64,000 bases of DNA, taken from assembly GCA_965212505.1 (NCBI GenBank), contig OZ243123.1, forward strand, positions 38,141 through 102,140, given 5' to 3'. Under the pieces are notes generated by a model. It saw only the letters and a program-made list of their open reading frames with translations, was not told the origin of the DNA and made no database searches. Both the position numbers and the translations under genes were made by a program. Origin of the DNA: Candidatus Multivoradales bacterium (lineage in GTDB: Bacteria; Acidobacteriota; Thermoanaerobaculia; Multivoradales; JAHEKO01). The stretch's first letter is position 1. Every line of letters begins with the position of its first letter. This document shows, in pieces, positions 37,301 through 46,466 of this stretch.

Positions 37301-38062
37301 TCAGTTGCGCGCCAGGTCGTCTAGTCGGCCGCGGTAGCTACGACTAATCGTCAGCCGCTGACCGCTATCGAGGATCACGAGGTGTTCGCCGTGTTGCAGT
37401 GGACGGATCTCGCGGATGCGCTCGATGTTGACAATCGTCGACCGGTGGATGCGCATGAACCGTTGTGGGTCGAGACGCTTCTCGAGGTTGCTCATCGTCT
37501 CGCGCATCAAGTAGGTCGAGCCGCTGGCGTTCAGTCGGACGTAGTTGCCCGCTGCGTCGACCCAGTCGATCTCTTCGGTACGCAGGAAGGCCATGCCGCG
37601 CGAGGACTTGACGGTCAGTCGGTCGACGAACTTCGACTCGCCTTTGAGACTGTCGAGTAGCGACTGCAGCTGATCGCTCAGCTCGCCGTTCTGGGGTCGG
37701 CCGAGCTGCTTGCGCACCTGCGCCAGCGTCCGGTGAAAGCGACTGCGGTCGAACGGTTTGAGCAGATAGTCGATGGCGTGCCGCTCGAACGCCTGTACGG
37801 CGTAGCGATCGAACGCGGTCACGAAGACGGTCACGGGCATGCGGTCCGACCCGACGCGGTCGATCACCTCAAGGCCGTCGAACCCCGGCATCTCGATGTC
37901 GAGGAAGAGGAGGTCGGGCTCGGCCGTCTGGATGACGTCGACGGCCTCGGGGCCGTCGGCGCACTCGGCGATGATTTCTACGTCACCTTCGCGCGCGAGG
38001 AACGATCGGATCTTCTCACGCGCCGGCGGCTCGTCGTCGGCGATGACTGTACGGATGTTCAT
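37301..38062 (-). CDS. LytTR family response regulator
   Basis: ADDEPPAR, FLDIEMP, FVTAFD, YLLKP, RIHRSTIVN, SRSYR. Confidence 0.95.
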   Translation of the reverse strand: MNIRTVIADDEPPAREKIRSFLAREGDVEIIAECADGPEAVDVIQTAEPDLLFLDIEMPGFDGLEVIDRVGSDRMPVTVFVTAFDRYAVQAFERHAIDYLLKPFDRSRFHRTLAQVRKQLGRPQNGELSDQLQSLLDSLKGESKFVDRLTVKSSRGMAFLRTEEIDWVDAAGNYVRLNASGSTYLMRETMSNLEKRLDPQRFMRIHRSTIVNIERIREIRPLQHGEHLVILDSGQRLTISRSYRGRLDDLARN

Positions 38063-39167
38063 GAGTGAGTTCTACTTCGACGTCCTCAGCTGTGGCTTGG
38101 GTTGCGTGGTACGGAAGCTCGAGAACCGCGACCGCTCCGCCTTCGGGGCGATTGCGAAGCTCGAAGTGCTGTTCCTCTCCATAGAGCTGCTCCAATCGAC
38201 GACGGGTGTTGCCGAGGCCGACGCCCATCCGCAGAGGGCCGGGGACGCCGAGCTGGAGTCCCTTGCCGTTGTCGCTGACCTCGAGGCGGACGTGGCCGTT
38301 GCGTCGCGTCGCACTGATCGTGATCCGGCTCTTGCCGTTGCGCTCCGCGAGGCCGTAGCGCAGCGAGTTCTCGACCAGGGGCTGTAAGACCAGCGACGGA
38401 ACGAGCGCCTGCTCGAGTCCGGGCTCGATTTCGCGTTCGACCTGAAGAGCCGAGCCGAAGCGGGTGCGCGCGATGTCGAGGTAGTGCTCGAGGTACTGCA
38501 GCTCCCGCTCGAGCGGTACCTCCTGGCGGCGGCCATCTTCCAGCGTGACGCGAAGGAGGTCGCCGAGATCCGCGATCATGCGGTCGGCCTTCTCGGCATC
38601 GGTATGGATGAGCGCCGAGATCAAGTTGAGGGTATTGAGGAGAAAGTGGGGCTGCATCTGGTTCCGGAGGAACGCCAACCGAACTCGGGACAACCGGGAT
38701 TCGAGCTCGGCACTCTGCACCAGGCGCTGGGTGTAGCGCTGGTGGTAGTTGAGCGCGTGGATCGTCGCCAGCAGCCCGGTGTAGATCAGCGCGTCGATGA
38801 TCACGCACTGCACCAGGAAGGCGCCGACCGTGACGGCGTGGCTATCCGAATCGAGAATCAGATGCAGCCCACGGTCCGTGAGCAGACGGAGTGTCAGTAG
38901 GGTTGCGGAGAGCAGCAGCCCGCCCAATACGTAAGGTGGCGCCCGGAACTGCCAGTTGGCGCTCTCGATCGGTCGCGCCTCGAGCACCCGCGCGAGCAGA
39001 CGACCGATCGGTACCCAGAGGAGCCAGACCAGGTACCAAGAGGCGAGAGCGATCCACGGGACGGGCTGGAGCTCGAATCTGTAGGAGAGCGCAAGCAGAG
39101 CGCCGAGCACGCAGCCGAGCAGAGCCCATGAGATGGCGAAGGGTCGACTGTAGTCGTTACGAATCAT
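38016..39167 (-). CDS. LytS/YehU-type sensor histidine kinase
   Basis: TMs; QMQPHFLLNTLN, LQPLVENSLRYG, DNGKG, GVGLGN. Confidence 0.92.
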   Translation of the reverse strand: MIRNDYSRPFAISWALLGCVLGALLALSYRFELQPVPWIALASWYLVWLLWVPIGRLLARVLEARPIESANWQFRAPPYVLGGLLLSATLLTLRLLTDRGLHLILDSDSHAVTVGAFLVQCVIIDALIYTGLLATIHALNYHQRYTQRLVQSAELESRLSRVRLAFLRNQMQPHFLLNTLNLISALIHTDAEKADRMIADLGDLLRVTLEDGRRQEVPLERELQYLEHYLDIARTRFGSALQVEREIEPGLEQALVPSLVLQPLVENSLRYGLAERNGKSRITISATRRNGHVRLEVSDNGKGLQLGVPGPLRMGVGLGNTRRRLEQLYGEEQHFELRNRPEGGAVAVLELPYHATQATAEDVEVELTHEHPYSHRRRRAAGA

Positions 39168-39538
39168 CGTAGGCGCAATTCGGTCGGTCGGGGTCGCTCT
39201 CCCTTCGTTCTTAGATACGCCTGCCCCTCAGAATGGTTTCCGCGGCTCGGCCCCATTTCGCCTGACTTTTCCGGCCCCTGACAAACGGAAAACTGGATCG
39301 CACGGCTCCAAGCGATCGGATCCAGTTCGTCACTGGGCGCACCGGGAAAGCAGCTCGTCCCTCGGGGCGAGGCGACCGTCCCAGCACTCCGCGACTCACG
39401 GTGTTCTGCCGACTGTGGCAGTCGAGTTGCTCTGGACCGAAAGCACGTGTTCATGACGACTCAAGCGGCTGCAACAACGCAGCCAACGTCCGTCCGGCAG
39501 ACGGATGAAACCAAGAGAAAGGAAGGAACAAGCTGAGC

Positions 39539-42520
39539 ATGAGTAAGAGCAACTGGCGCAGTTTCGTTGCCTTCGCCGCCATTCTTCTGCTCGGTGCGGG
39601 CTTTGCGCTCGCGCAGGAGAGTTCCGGCAATGTGTACGTCAAGGTGACGGACACGGAAGGTAATCCGCTTCCTGGTGTAACGGTCGAGATTTCGGGCTTC
39701 GGCGCGGATCAGGTCCAGGTCACCGGTGGCGCAGGCGACGCCCGCTTCCTGAAGCTCGATCCCGGCAACTGGCAGCTCAAGGCCAGCCTGGACGGCTTCT
39801 CGACGGTCGAGTACCCGGCCGTCAACGTGCGAATCGCTCGCAGCACCTCGATCGAAGTCGAGATGAGTTCGGCGGTGGAGGAGGTCATCACAGTGACGTC
39901 CGAGAGCCCGCTCCTCGATCAGAAGCGCTCCTCCGCGGGCGCGACGATCTCGCAGATCGAGCTCGAGAAGATCCCGACGGCGCGTGACCCCTGGTCCGTG
40001 CTTTCGCAGACCCCGGGTGTGGTCGTCGACCGCATCAACGTGGGTGGTAACGAGTCCGGTCAGCAGTCGACCTTCCGTGGCCCTGGCGCCTCGGACGATG
40101 AGAACGCGTTCCTCGTGGACGGTGTCGAGATCACCGACATGGCCGCGATTGGCGCCTCGTCGACGTACTTCGACTTTGATCAGTTCTCCGAGATGCAGTT
40201 CTCGACCGGTGGCACAGATGTGACCAAGTCGTCCGGCGGTGTGTCGGTCAACCTGGTGACCAAGCGTGGCACCAACGAGTTCCGCGGTTCGGCTCGTTTC
40301 CTGGTGACCGACTCCAACGGCCTGGCGTTCGCCAAGCAGTCCGGTGCGGACATCCCGACGAGTGAGCTCGCCGCAGGCCAGACCGGCTTCATCGGTAACG
40401 GCATCAACAAGATCGAAGAGTGGGGCTTTGAGGCCGGTGGTCCGGTCATTCGGGACCGTCTTTGGTTCTGGGGTTCGCACGGTCAGAACGACATCAAGAA
40501 CCTGACCGGTGGTGCGGCTCCGGACGACGTCCAGGCCGACAACACCATCCTCACGAACACCGCCTTCAAGGTGAACGCTCAGATCACCGGTTCGAACTCG
40601 TTCACGGGTTCCTGGAACAACGGTGACAAGGAGAAGTTTGGCCGCAACGCGAGCCCGACTCGTCCGCAGCCGACCACCTGGGACCAGCGTGGTCCTTCGG
40701 CGATCATCAAGTTCGAGGACACGCACATCATCAACTCGAACTTCTTCGTTACCGGCGGCTACTCCAAGGTCGACGGCGGCTTCTCGCTGACCGCGAAGGC
40801 CACGGCAGCCCTCGGCGCCAACACGCCGATGTCCTACCGTGACGACAACGGTGTCTGGCAGAACTCCTTCTGGAGTGGCAGCTCGGCCCGTCCGTCCGAG
40901 GAGTTCAAGGCTGACGGTTCGTACTTCTTCAACACCGGTGACGTGAGCCACGAGCTCAAGTTTGGTGCTCGCATGCGCGAGTTCGAGCGCGACAGCTCCT
41001 TCACCTGGCCGAACGACAACGCCTGGGCCATCGGTACGCCTTCGGCGACCAACTCGGCGCTTCTGATTACCCAGCGTGGCCTCGATCCGCCACTCACCCA
41101 GGAGTACACCTCGGTGTGGGTCCAGGACACGATCTCCGCTGGCAACCTGACGATCAACGCGGGTCTCCGCTACGACCTTCAGGAAGGCATCAACGAGGCG
41201 GTCACCGCCGATGCCAACCCCTGGTTCCCGACCGCTCACCCGTCGGTCTCCTTCAACGGCGCGGACGCTCCGTTCGACTGGGCGACCATCTCCCCGCGTG
41301 TTGGTCTGACCTACGCACTGGGCGAAGAGCGCAAGACTCTCCTCCGGGCGAGCTACTCGCGTTTCCCCGAGCAGCTTTCGGATGACGACATCGAGCGGGT
41401 CAACCCGGCCGGCGTCTCCTATCTGACGCTCGCGTGGTACGACACGGACGGCAGCGGTGATTTCAACGGTTCGACCCTGGTCGGCAACGGCCCGGACACC
41501 GTCAACATCATCGCCACCGACGGTTTCTCGCTCACCAACCCGACGGCGCTCGTCAGCCCGAACGTGATCGACGGAAGTCTCGACCCCGAGATGACCGACG
41601 AGATCCTTCTCGGCATCGAGCACGCGCTGCTGCCTGAGTTCGTCATCGGTGCCCAGCTGACATACCGTCAGATTTCGGACATCCAGGACGAGATCGCGTT
41701 CGTTCAGGACGCTGCCGGCAACGTTCGCCTGCAGCAGGCTAGCGACTACATCGTCGACCAGGTGGCCACCGGCACGCTGCCGAACGGCACCGCCTACTCG
41801 GTACCGGTCTACGCGCTCGACTCGTCGCTCAGCTACTCCGGCGGCGACTTCCTCACCAACGGTGACCGGGAGCGCGAGTACCAGGGCATCAACCTCAACT
41901 TCACCAAGCGTCTGTCCAACCAGTGGATGCTGCGTGGCTACTTCCAGTTCGGCGAAGCCGAGTGGGACGTGCCGGCGAGCTTCCGCGCGACGCAGAGCCC
42001 GAACGTCTGTGAGGACAGCCTCACCTTCGGTTGCCAGGGCGCTGACGGTGGTCAGATCGATGGTGGTATCTACGCTGTACAGGCGGCCGGTTCCGGCGCC
42101 AAGGCCGACGTCTGGATTCAGAGCGGTTGGCAGTACAACGTGAACGGCATGTACCAGGTCGCCCCGGATCGTCCGTGGGGCTTCAACGTCGCGGCCAACA
42201 TCTTTGGTCGTGAGGGATACCCGCTGCCGTACTTCCTCGACATCACCACGTCCGACGGTCAGGCCCGTGACATCCTCGCGGTGTCCGAGGTCGACCAGTT
42301 CCGTGTCGACGACATCTTCACCGTCGACCTTCGCCTCGATAAGGAATTCGCGGCGAGCGGTAACGTCAGCTTCACGGTTGGCGCGGACGTCTTCAACCTG
42401 CTCAACGAGAACTACATCATGCAGCGCGAGCGTGGCCTCAGCCGCGGCTCGGCGGACTTCCTTCGGGAAACGCTCAGCCCGCGGATCTGGCGTCTCAGCG
42501 CCCGCGTCAACTGGAAGTAG
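39539..42520 (+). CDS. TonB-dependent receptor, paralog 1
   Basis: Signal peptide, CarboxypepD_reg-like N-domain, plug (ARDPWSVL, VDGVEITD, VNLVTKRGTN), barrel, C-terminal aromatic (VNWK). Confidence 0.92.
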   Translation: MSKSNWRSFVAFAAILLLGAGFALAQESSGNVYVKVTDTEGNPLPGVTVEISGFGADQVQVTGGAGDARFLKLDPGNWQLKASLDGFSTVEYPAVNVRIARSTSIEVEMSSAVEEVITVTSESPLLDQKRSSAGATISQIELEKIPTARDPWSVLSQTPGVVVDRINVGGNESGQQSTFRGPGASDDENAFLVDGVEITDMAAIGASSTYFDFDQFSEMQFSTGGTDVTKSSGGVSVNLVTKRGTNEFRGSARFLVTDSNGLAFAKQSGADIPTSELAAGQTGFIGNGINKIEEWGFEAGGPVIRDRLWFWGSHGQNDIKNLTGGAAPDDVQADNTILTNTAFKVNAQITGSNSFTGSWNNGDKEKFGRNASPTRPQPTTWDQRGPSAIIKFEDTHIINSNFFVTGGYSKVDGGFSLTAKATAALGANTPMSYRDDNGVWQNSFWSGSSARPSEEFKADGSYFFNTGDVSHELKFGARMREFERDSSFTWPNDNAWAIGTPSATNSALLITQRGLDPPLTQEYTSVWVQDTISAGNLTINAGLRYDLQEGINEAVTADANPWFPTAHPSVSFNGADAPFDWATISPRVGLTYALGEERKTLLRASYSRFPEQLSDDDIERVNPAGVSYLTLAWYDTDGSGDFNGSTLVGNGPDTVNIIATDGFSLTNPTALVSPNVIDGSLDPEMTDEILLGIEHALLPEFVIGAQLTYRQISDIQDEIAFVQDAAGNVRLQQASDYIVDQVATGTLPNGTAYSVPVYALDSSLSYSGGDFLTNGDREREYQGINLNFTKRLSNQWMLRGYFQFGEAEWDVPASFRATQSPNVCEDSLTFGCQGADGGQIDGGIYAVQAAGSGAKADVWIQSGWQYNVNGMYQVAPDRPWGFNVAANIFGREGYPLPYFLDITTSDGQARDILAVSEVDQFRVDDIFTVDLRLDKEFAASGNVSFTVGADVFNLLNENYIMQRERGLSRGSADFLRETLSPRIWRLSARVNWK

Positions 42521-42549
42521 TCCTTACTACTCAGCAGGACGCAGTTCCG

Positions 42550-42582
42550 AACCGGGGGCCCTTTGGGCTCCCGGTTTTTTCT
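42550..42582 (+). terminator. Intrinsic terminator after receptor 1
   Basis: AACCGGGGGCCC-TTT-GGGCTCCCGGTT followed by a T-run. Confidence 0.85.
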
Positions 42583-43311
42583 TGTCCGGATGAGACCGAG
42601 CCGAGCAGCACGAAGTCGGAGGCTCGGGTCGGTCTCTTCTCGAGAGTCACGAAAGCGATCAAGTCGCTGAGTCCCTGGACCGCTGACTTGATGCTCCTGG
42701 CCCTTGTAACGGTGGAGGCGGGAGTCTCGTGAGCCACCGTTTGTAGCGCGTCCACGTCCGAGCAGGAGTCATCGGCGGGTCAGAAGAAGGCACGATCTCC
42801 CCTCGCGAGCTTCTCGACGACTACCTTTCTGGTCCTGCTCGCCTGGCTCGCTAGGGGCTGGCTCATGGTTCGAACCAGAGCGCGAGACGGATGAGGTCAG
42901 CCTAAGAACAGGTTGCGCCTCCACCGGCGACCAGATCAGAAGCGCGCCGATCAGGGGATCGAGTTCATCAACGACGGAGCGATCGTGTCGAAGGCTCGGT
43001 TCATCGTAGCGGAAGGAGCCGCAGCGTCTCCCGGGTGCTGCACCCTTCGAGGTTCTCCCGAGTGCCCAGCGGTTGGAGCTGGCCTTGGTCTGGGAAAGTG
43101 GAGAGAACCCTGGGCGACTCCTGCTGAAGCGGGAATACCGGGACGCCCTTGGTGTTGCCCGGGTGCAGCGCTTCGAACACGAGCCGCTCGGCCGCCTGCG
43201 CCTGGCTCGGTTGTCTGAAGCGGAAGGATCGTCTCAGAGCCGAACGGCAAGCGCGAGTACCCAGCGGCTACTCTCGTGAGTCTCGCGGCGGTGCTTAGCG
43301 TCGTGCCCGCT

Positions 43312-45612
43312 CTAGCCTCCACCGATTGCCGGTGCCAGGGTACCGGCGCGGGAACCGAGGTCGCGGGCGGCGGCTCCGACGGCGAGGAGGTTCATTGCGT
43401 CGTCGAGGCATTGCCAGGCACCCAGGCACTCGACCAGGGCGCGGCCCCGCTGCGAGGCGAGATAGCGCTTCTCCTCGGCTGCCGACTCAGAGTTGCCTGC
43501 CGCCAGGTACGAGCGAGCGAGCGTTGCCCGCGTGTGGAGGGGGTAGGCCGTCGTCTGCGTGACCACTGTTTGAAGACGCTCTGCCGCCTCCGCGGGGCGG
43601 CCCTGAGCGTGCAGGATCTCGGCCTCGAGCAGTGCCAGGTACGGCTGCCAGGAGTCGGCGATCTGCAGCCCGGTGGTCTCGTCGAGAATCCACCCTTGGA
43701 TCTTGCGCGCTAGTTCGGCCTGCCCGTTGCGTGCTGCGAGACCTCCCAGAAGCGCCATGGCGGGGACGGCCTTCGTGCTAGGGGGCAGCTCTCGATCGGC
43801 TAGCTCGCGTACCTCTTCGAACGCGTCGGCCAGACCGCTTCGTAGCTCGCCCTGCCTGCCCGCCGCCTCGAAGTAGGCGAAGAGCTTGAGCTGATATGCC
43901 AAGCGCGAATGTGTGTCGCGCGCGGCCGACTGAGCGACGACGCGCTCGAGCGACTGGATCGCGTGGTCGAGTTCCAGCTGATCGGCGTGAATCGCGGCGC
44001 GCTCGAGGTCGAACGCCATCTCTTCCAGCTCGCCGTTGCGTTCGGCGCGTTCGAGGGCCTCGACCGCTTCCACGTGACGTCCTAGAGCGAGCATCGGACC
44101 GACGGAGGCGGCGCTCCTCTGCAGCTCCTCGAGTGCAGCGGCCTGGAGCGCCTCGTCGAGGCGACCTGCACCCATCAGGCAGACGATGATGTTGCGTCGC
44201 ACGAGAGACCGAGGATTGTCGGGCAGCGAGGTGAGCTGCACGGCATTCAGCGAGTCGTAGCAGCCCGCGAAGTCGTTCCGATAGAAGAGGAGAGCCGCAC
44301 CGAGGTTCACATGTCCGATGGCCAGTTCCGGGAAGGCGTCGCTCATTTGCGACCAGGCGTGCAACGCTCCCTCGCCGTCCATTTCGAGGCCGGCCATGTG
44401 CCCCGAGACATAGAGCTGCTCGAAACGAGTCAAGTCGACGGAGTTGTCCGCCGCGGTACGGAAGTGGCTCACGGCTGCCCTGGTGTTGCCCGCGTCCATC
44501 TCGGCGACGCCCAGCTTGCTCTGGGCCATCGCGAAGTCGGGGTCGAGGGCGGTCGCACGCCGCAGGAGCGCCACCCTGACCGGATCCCGGGGGCCGAGAC
44601 CCATCGCGCGCGAGTAGGCTCTCAGCGCCTCGAGGTCCCGTGTCGTCACATCGGCGAGGAGCTCCATCGGCGCCCTTGTCGCCAGAAACTCGGCCAGCTC
44701 GCCGCGGACCTCCTCGACCATCGTCGGTAGCCTGCGACGAACGGCCGAGGTGTGCTCCTCGAGGGACGACCGGGTGATGACACTGCGGTTGGTCTCCGCG
44801 TCGACGACCTCGATCTGCAGGGAGAGACGTCCGTCAACCGGTTCCAGGCTGCCGACGACCAGAGTACTCACTCGAGCGCGCTGGCAGACCTCCACGCCCA
44901 CCTCTCGATCGATCTCCACGTCGGGCTCGAGCTTCATCCGCCCGAGAGTGGCGTCGATCTCGGTCGGGTCGAGGAGCCGTAGCCCCTCGGTTCTGCCGAT
45001 CTCGTCGCGTAGGAGCCCGGCGAGCGCTGCATCGAGCGAGGGCTCGCCGGAGGAGCTCTGGAAGTCGGCGAGCAGGACGGGCTGTGTGTCTTCGAGCGTA
45101 TCGGGGTCGTCACTACTCAGTCGTCGGCCGAGCGTCGGCAGGAGCCCCAGGAGTAGGAGGAGCGCTGCGACGAGGGTGATGGCGGTCCAGTGGACGCGCG
45201 AGCCGTCGGTGTTCGCGGACGCGGTGGCGATGGTGGCTTCGGCGCTCGAGGGTGCTACTGCTGGAGCCGAGTGCTCTTCCGCGATCTCGACACGCTGGAC
45301 GGAGGCGATGAACCGGTAGCCGCGACCCGGAACGGTCTGAATGAAGTGCGGCTCGTCGGCCTCGTCGCCAAGCGCCGCACGCAGGCGCCGGATACAGGTG
45401 TTCAGCCCGGCCTCGAAGTCGACGAAGACCTCGCTGCCCCACAGGTGTTCGCGTAGCTCTTCCCGAGAGACGATCTCGCCCGCTCGTTCCAACAGTAAGG
45501 AGAGCGCGCGCGCGGGCTGAGGGCGCAGATCAGAGCGCTCGCCATCGCGCCGCAGCACTCCACGGATGGGGTCGAAGTCGAAGAGTCCGAAAGAAAGACG
45601 ATCTCTAGTCAC
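43312..45612 (-). CDS. Membrane one-component regulator: OmpR/PhoB winged helix, TM, TolB_N/FlgO-like domain, TPRs
   Basis: FGLFDFD..LRPQPARAL..VSREEL..GLNTCIRRLRAALGDEADEPHFIQTVPGRGYRF; DPDFAMA TPR. Start set at GTG 45612. Confidence 0.88.
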   Translation of the reverse strand: MTRDRLSFGLFDFDPIRGVLRRDGERSDLRPQPARALSLLLERAGEIVSREELREHLWGSEVFVDFEAGLNTCIRRLRAALGDEADEPHFIQTVPGRGYRFIASVQRVEIAEEHSAPAVAPSSAEATIATASANTDGSRVHWTAITLVAALLLLLGLLPTLGRRLSSDDPDTLEDTQPVLLADFQSSSGEPSLDAALAGLLRDEIGRTEGLRLLDPTEIDATLGRMKLEPDVEIDREVGVEVCQRARVSTLVVGSLEPVDGRLSLQIEVVDAETNRSVITRSSLEEHTSAVRRRLPTMVEEVRGELAEFLATRAPMELLADVTTRDLEALRAYSRAMGLGPRDPVRVALLRRATALDPDFAMAQSKLGVAEMDAGNTRAAVSHFRTAADNSVDLTRFEQLYVSGHMAGLEMDGEGALHAWSQMSDAFPELAIGHVNLGAALLFYRNDFAGCYDSLNAVQLTSLPDNPRSLVRRNIIVCLMGAGRLDEALQAAALEELQRSAASVGPMLALGRHVEAVEALERAERNGELEEMAFDLERAAIHADQLELDHAIQSLERVVAQSAARDTHSRLAYQLKLFAYFEAAGRQGELRSGLADAFEEVRELADRELPPSTKAVPAMALLGGLAARNGQAELARKIQGWILDETTGLQIADSWQPYLALLEAEILHAQGRPAEAAERLQTVVTQTTAYPLHTRATLARSYLAAGNSESAAEEKRYLASQRGRALVECLGAWQCLDDAMNLLAVGAAARDLGSRAGTLAPAIGGG

Positions 45613-46466
45613 GTTTGCGGTCTCGCAGTCCGTCCCAGGTTTTAGGCGCCTTGGCGGCGCTAGTGATCCGTTCATCACCGCGGTTGCGAAATCCCTGCCA
45701 GGCGCTGGGAGCAACCGAAGAGGGGTCGATGGGGCGCGGCCGCACCCTGGGCGGGAACGGGTCGCCGTCATGCGGTCACTCGGTCGTGCATGTCGTTATT
45801 TGTCAGCTGTTTACGGGGTTACAAGCGCCGGTCAGAGAGGGTCACAAATGGCCAGTTGTGAGTGCGAGCTGGGCCCGCTACCTTCTGTGTAGTTGGCGTG
45901 CGACGGGAGCCTGAGAACGGGTCACGCCTAGTCGGCCCCGAAAGCACAAACCTCCTCTGTCGGGCGGCCCCACCGGGCCGCCCGACACCTGTCTGAGGCC
46001 AGCGGAAACCGAGGCGGGGTAGGCGATAGGCCCCTCTCCAGCGGCGCCGAGCACCCTCTACCTCCGGACGAAGGCCGTCCGCCGAGTGCGGTGCCCGAAC
46101 GAAGTTGCGCGTTCGATTTCTTGAAGGTGATCGATTCAACGAATCGATTCGTGAGAGACGTCGACCCGCGGGCGACCGAGCCTTGCCCCCGTCGATGTCA
46201 GTTCACGTCACCTCCGGTCGATGTGATGCGCCGAGACGTCGGTCAGACGCTCAGCTAACCCTCTTTGGTTTGTGATGGATGGGAGGTCAGATGCGGGGCA
46301 GAAGTGCGGTCAGAAACGGTCTGGTTCGTAGTCACGATAGGTCAGGCTCGCTGGCAGTTGCGTTGCTCTAAGGCTCCAGAAGTTCGAACCCCCGTCGGTA
46401 GCTCCTCGAGGAGGAGTTGGGGAACTTGGCTGACTACCAGCCGAACCAAGGAGGAAAGGAGCAAGC

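Noticed and set aside
46370-46410. tRNA-like element around GTTCGAACC
   Set aside because: No pairing T-stem, acceptor stem or anticodon arm could be built.
39168-46466. Cobalamin or TPP riboswitch upstream of the TonB receptors
   Set aside because: No B12-box or TPP consensus was found by eye in either leader; an Rfam scan would settle it.
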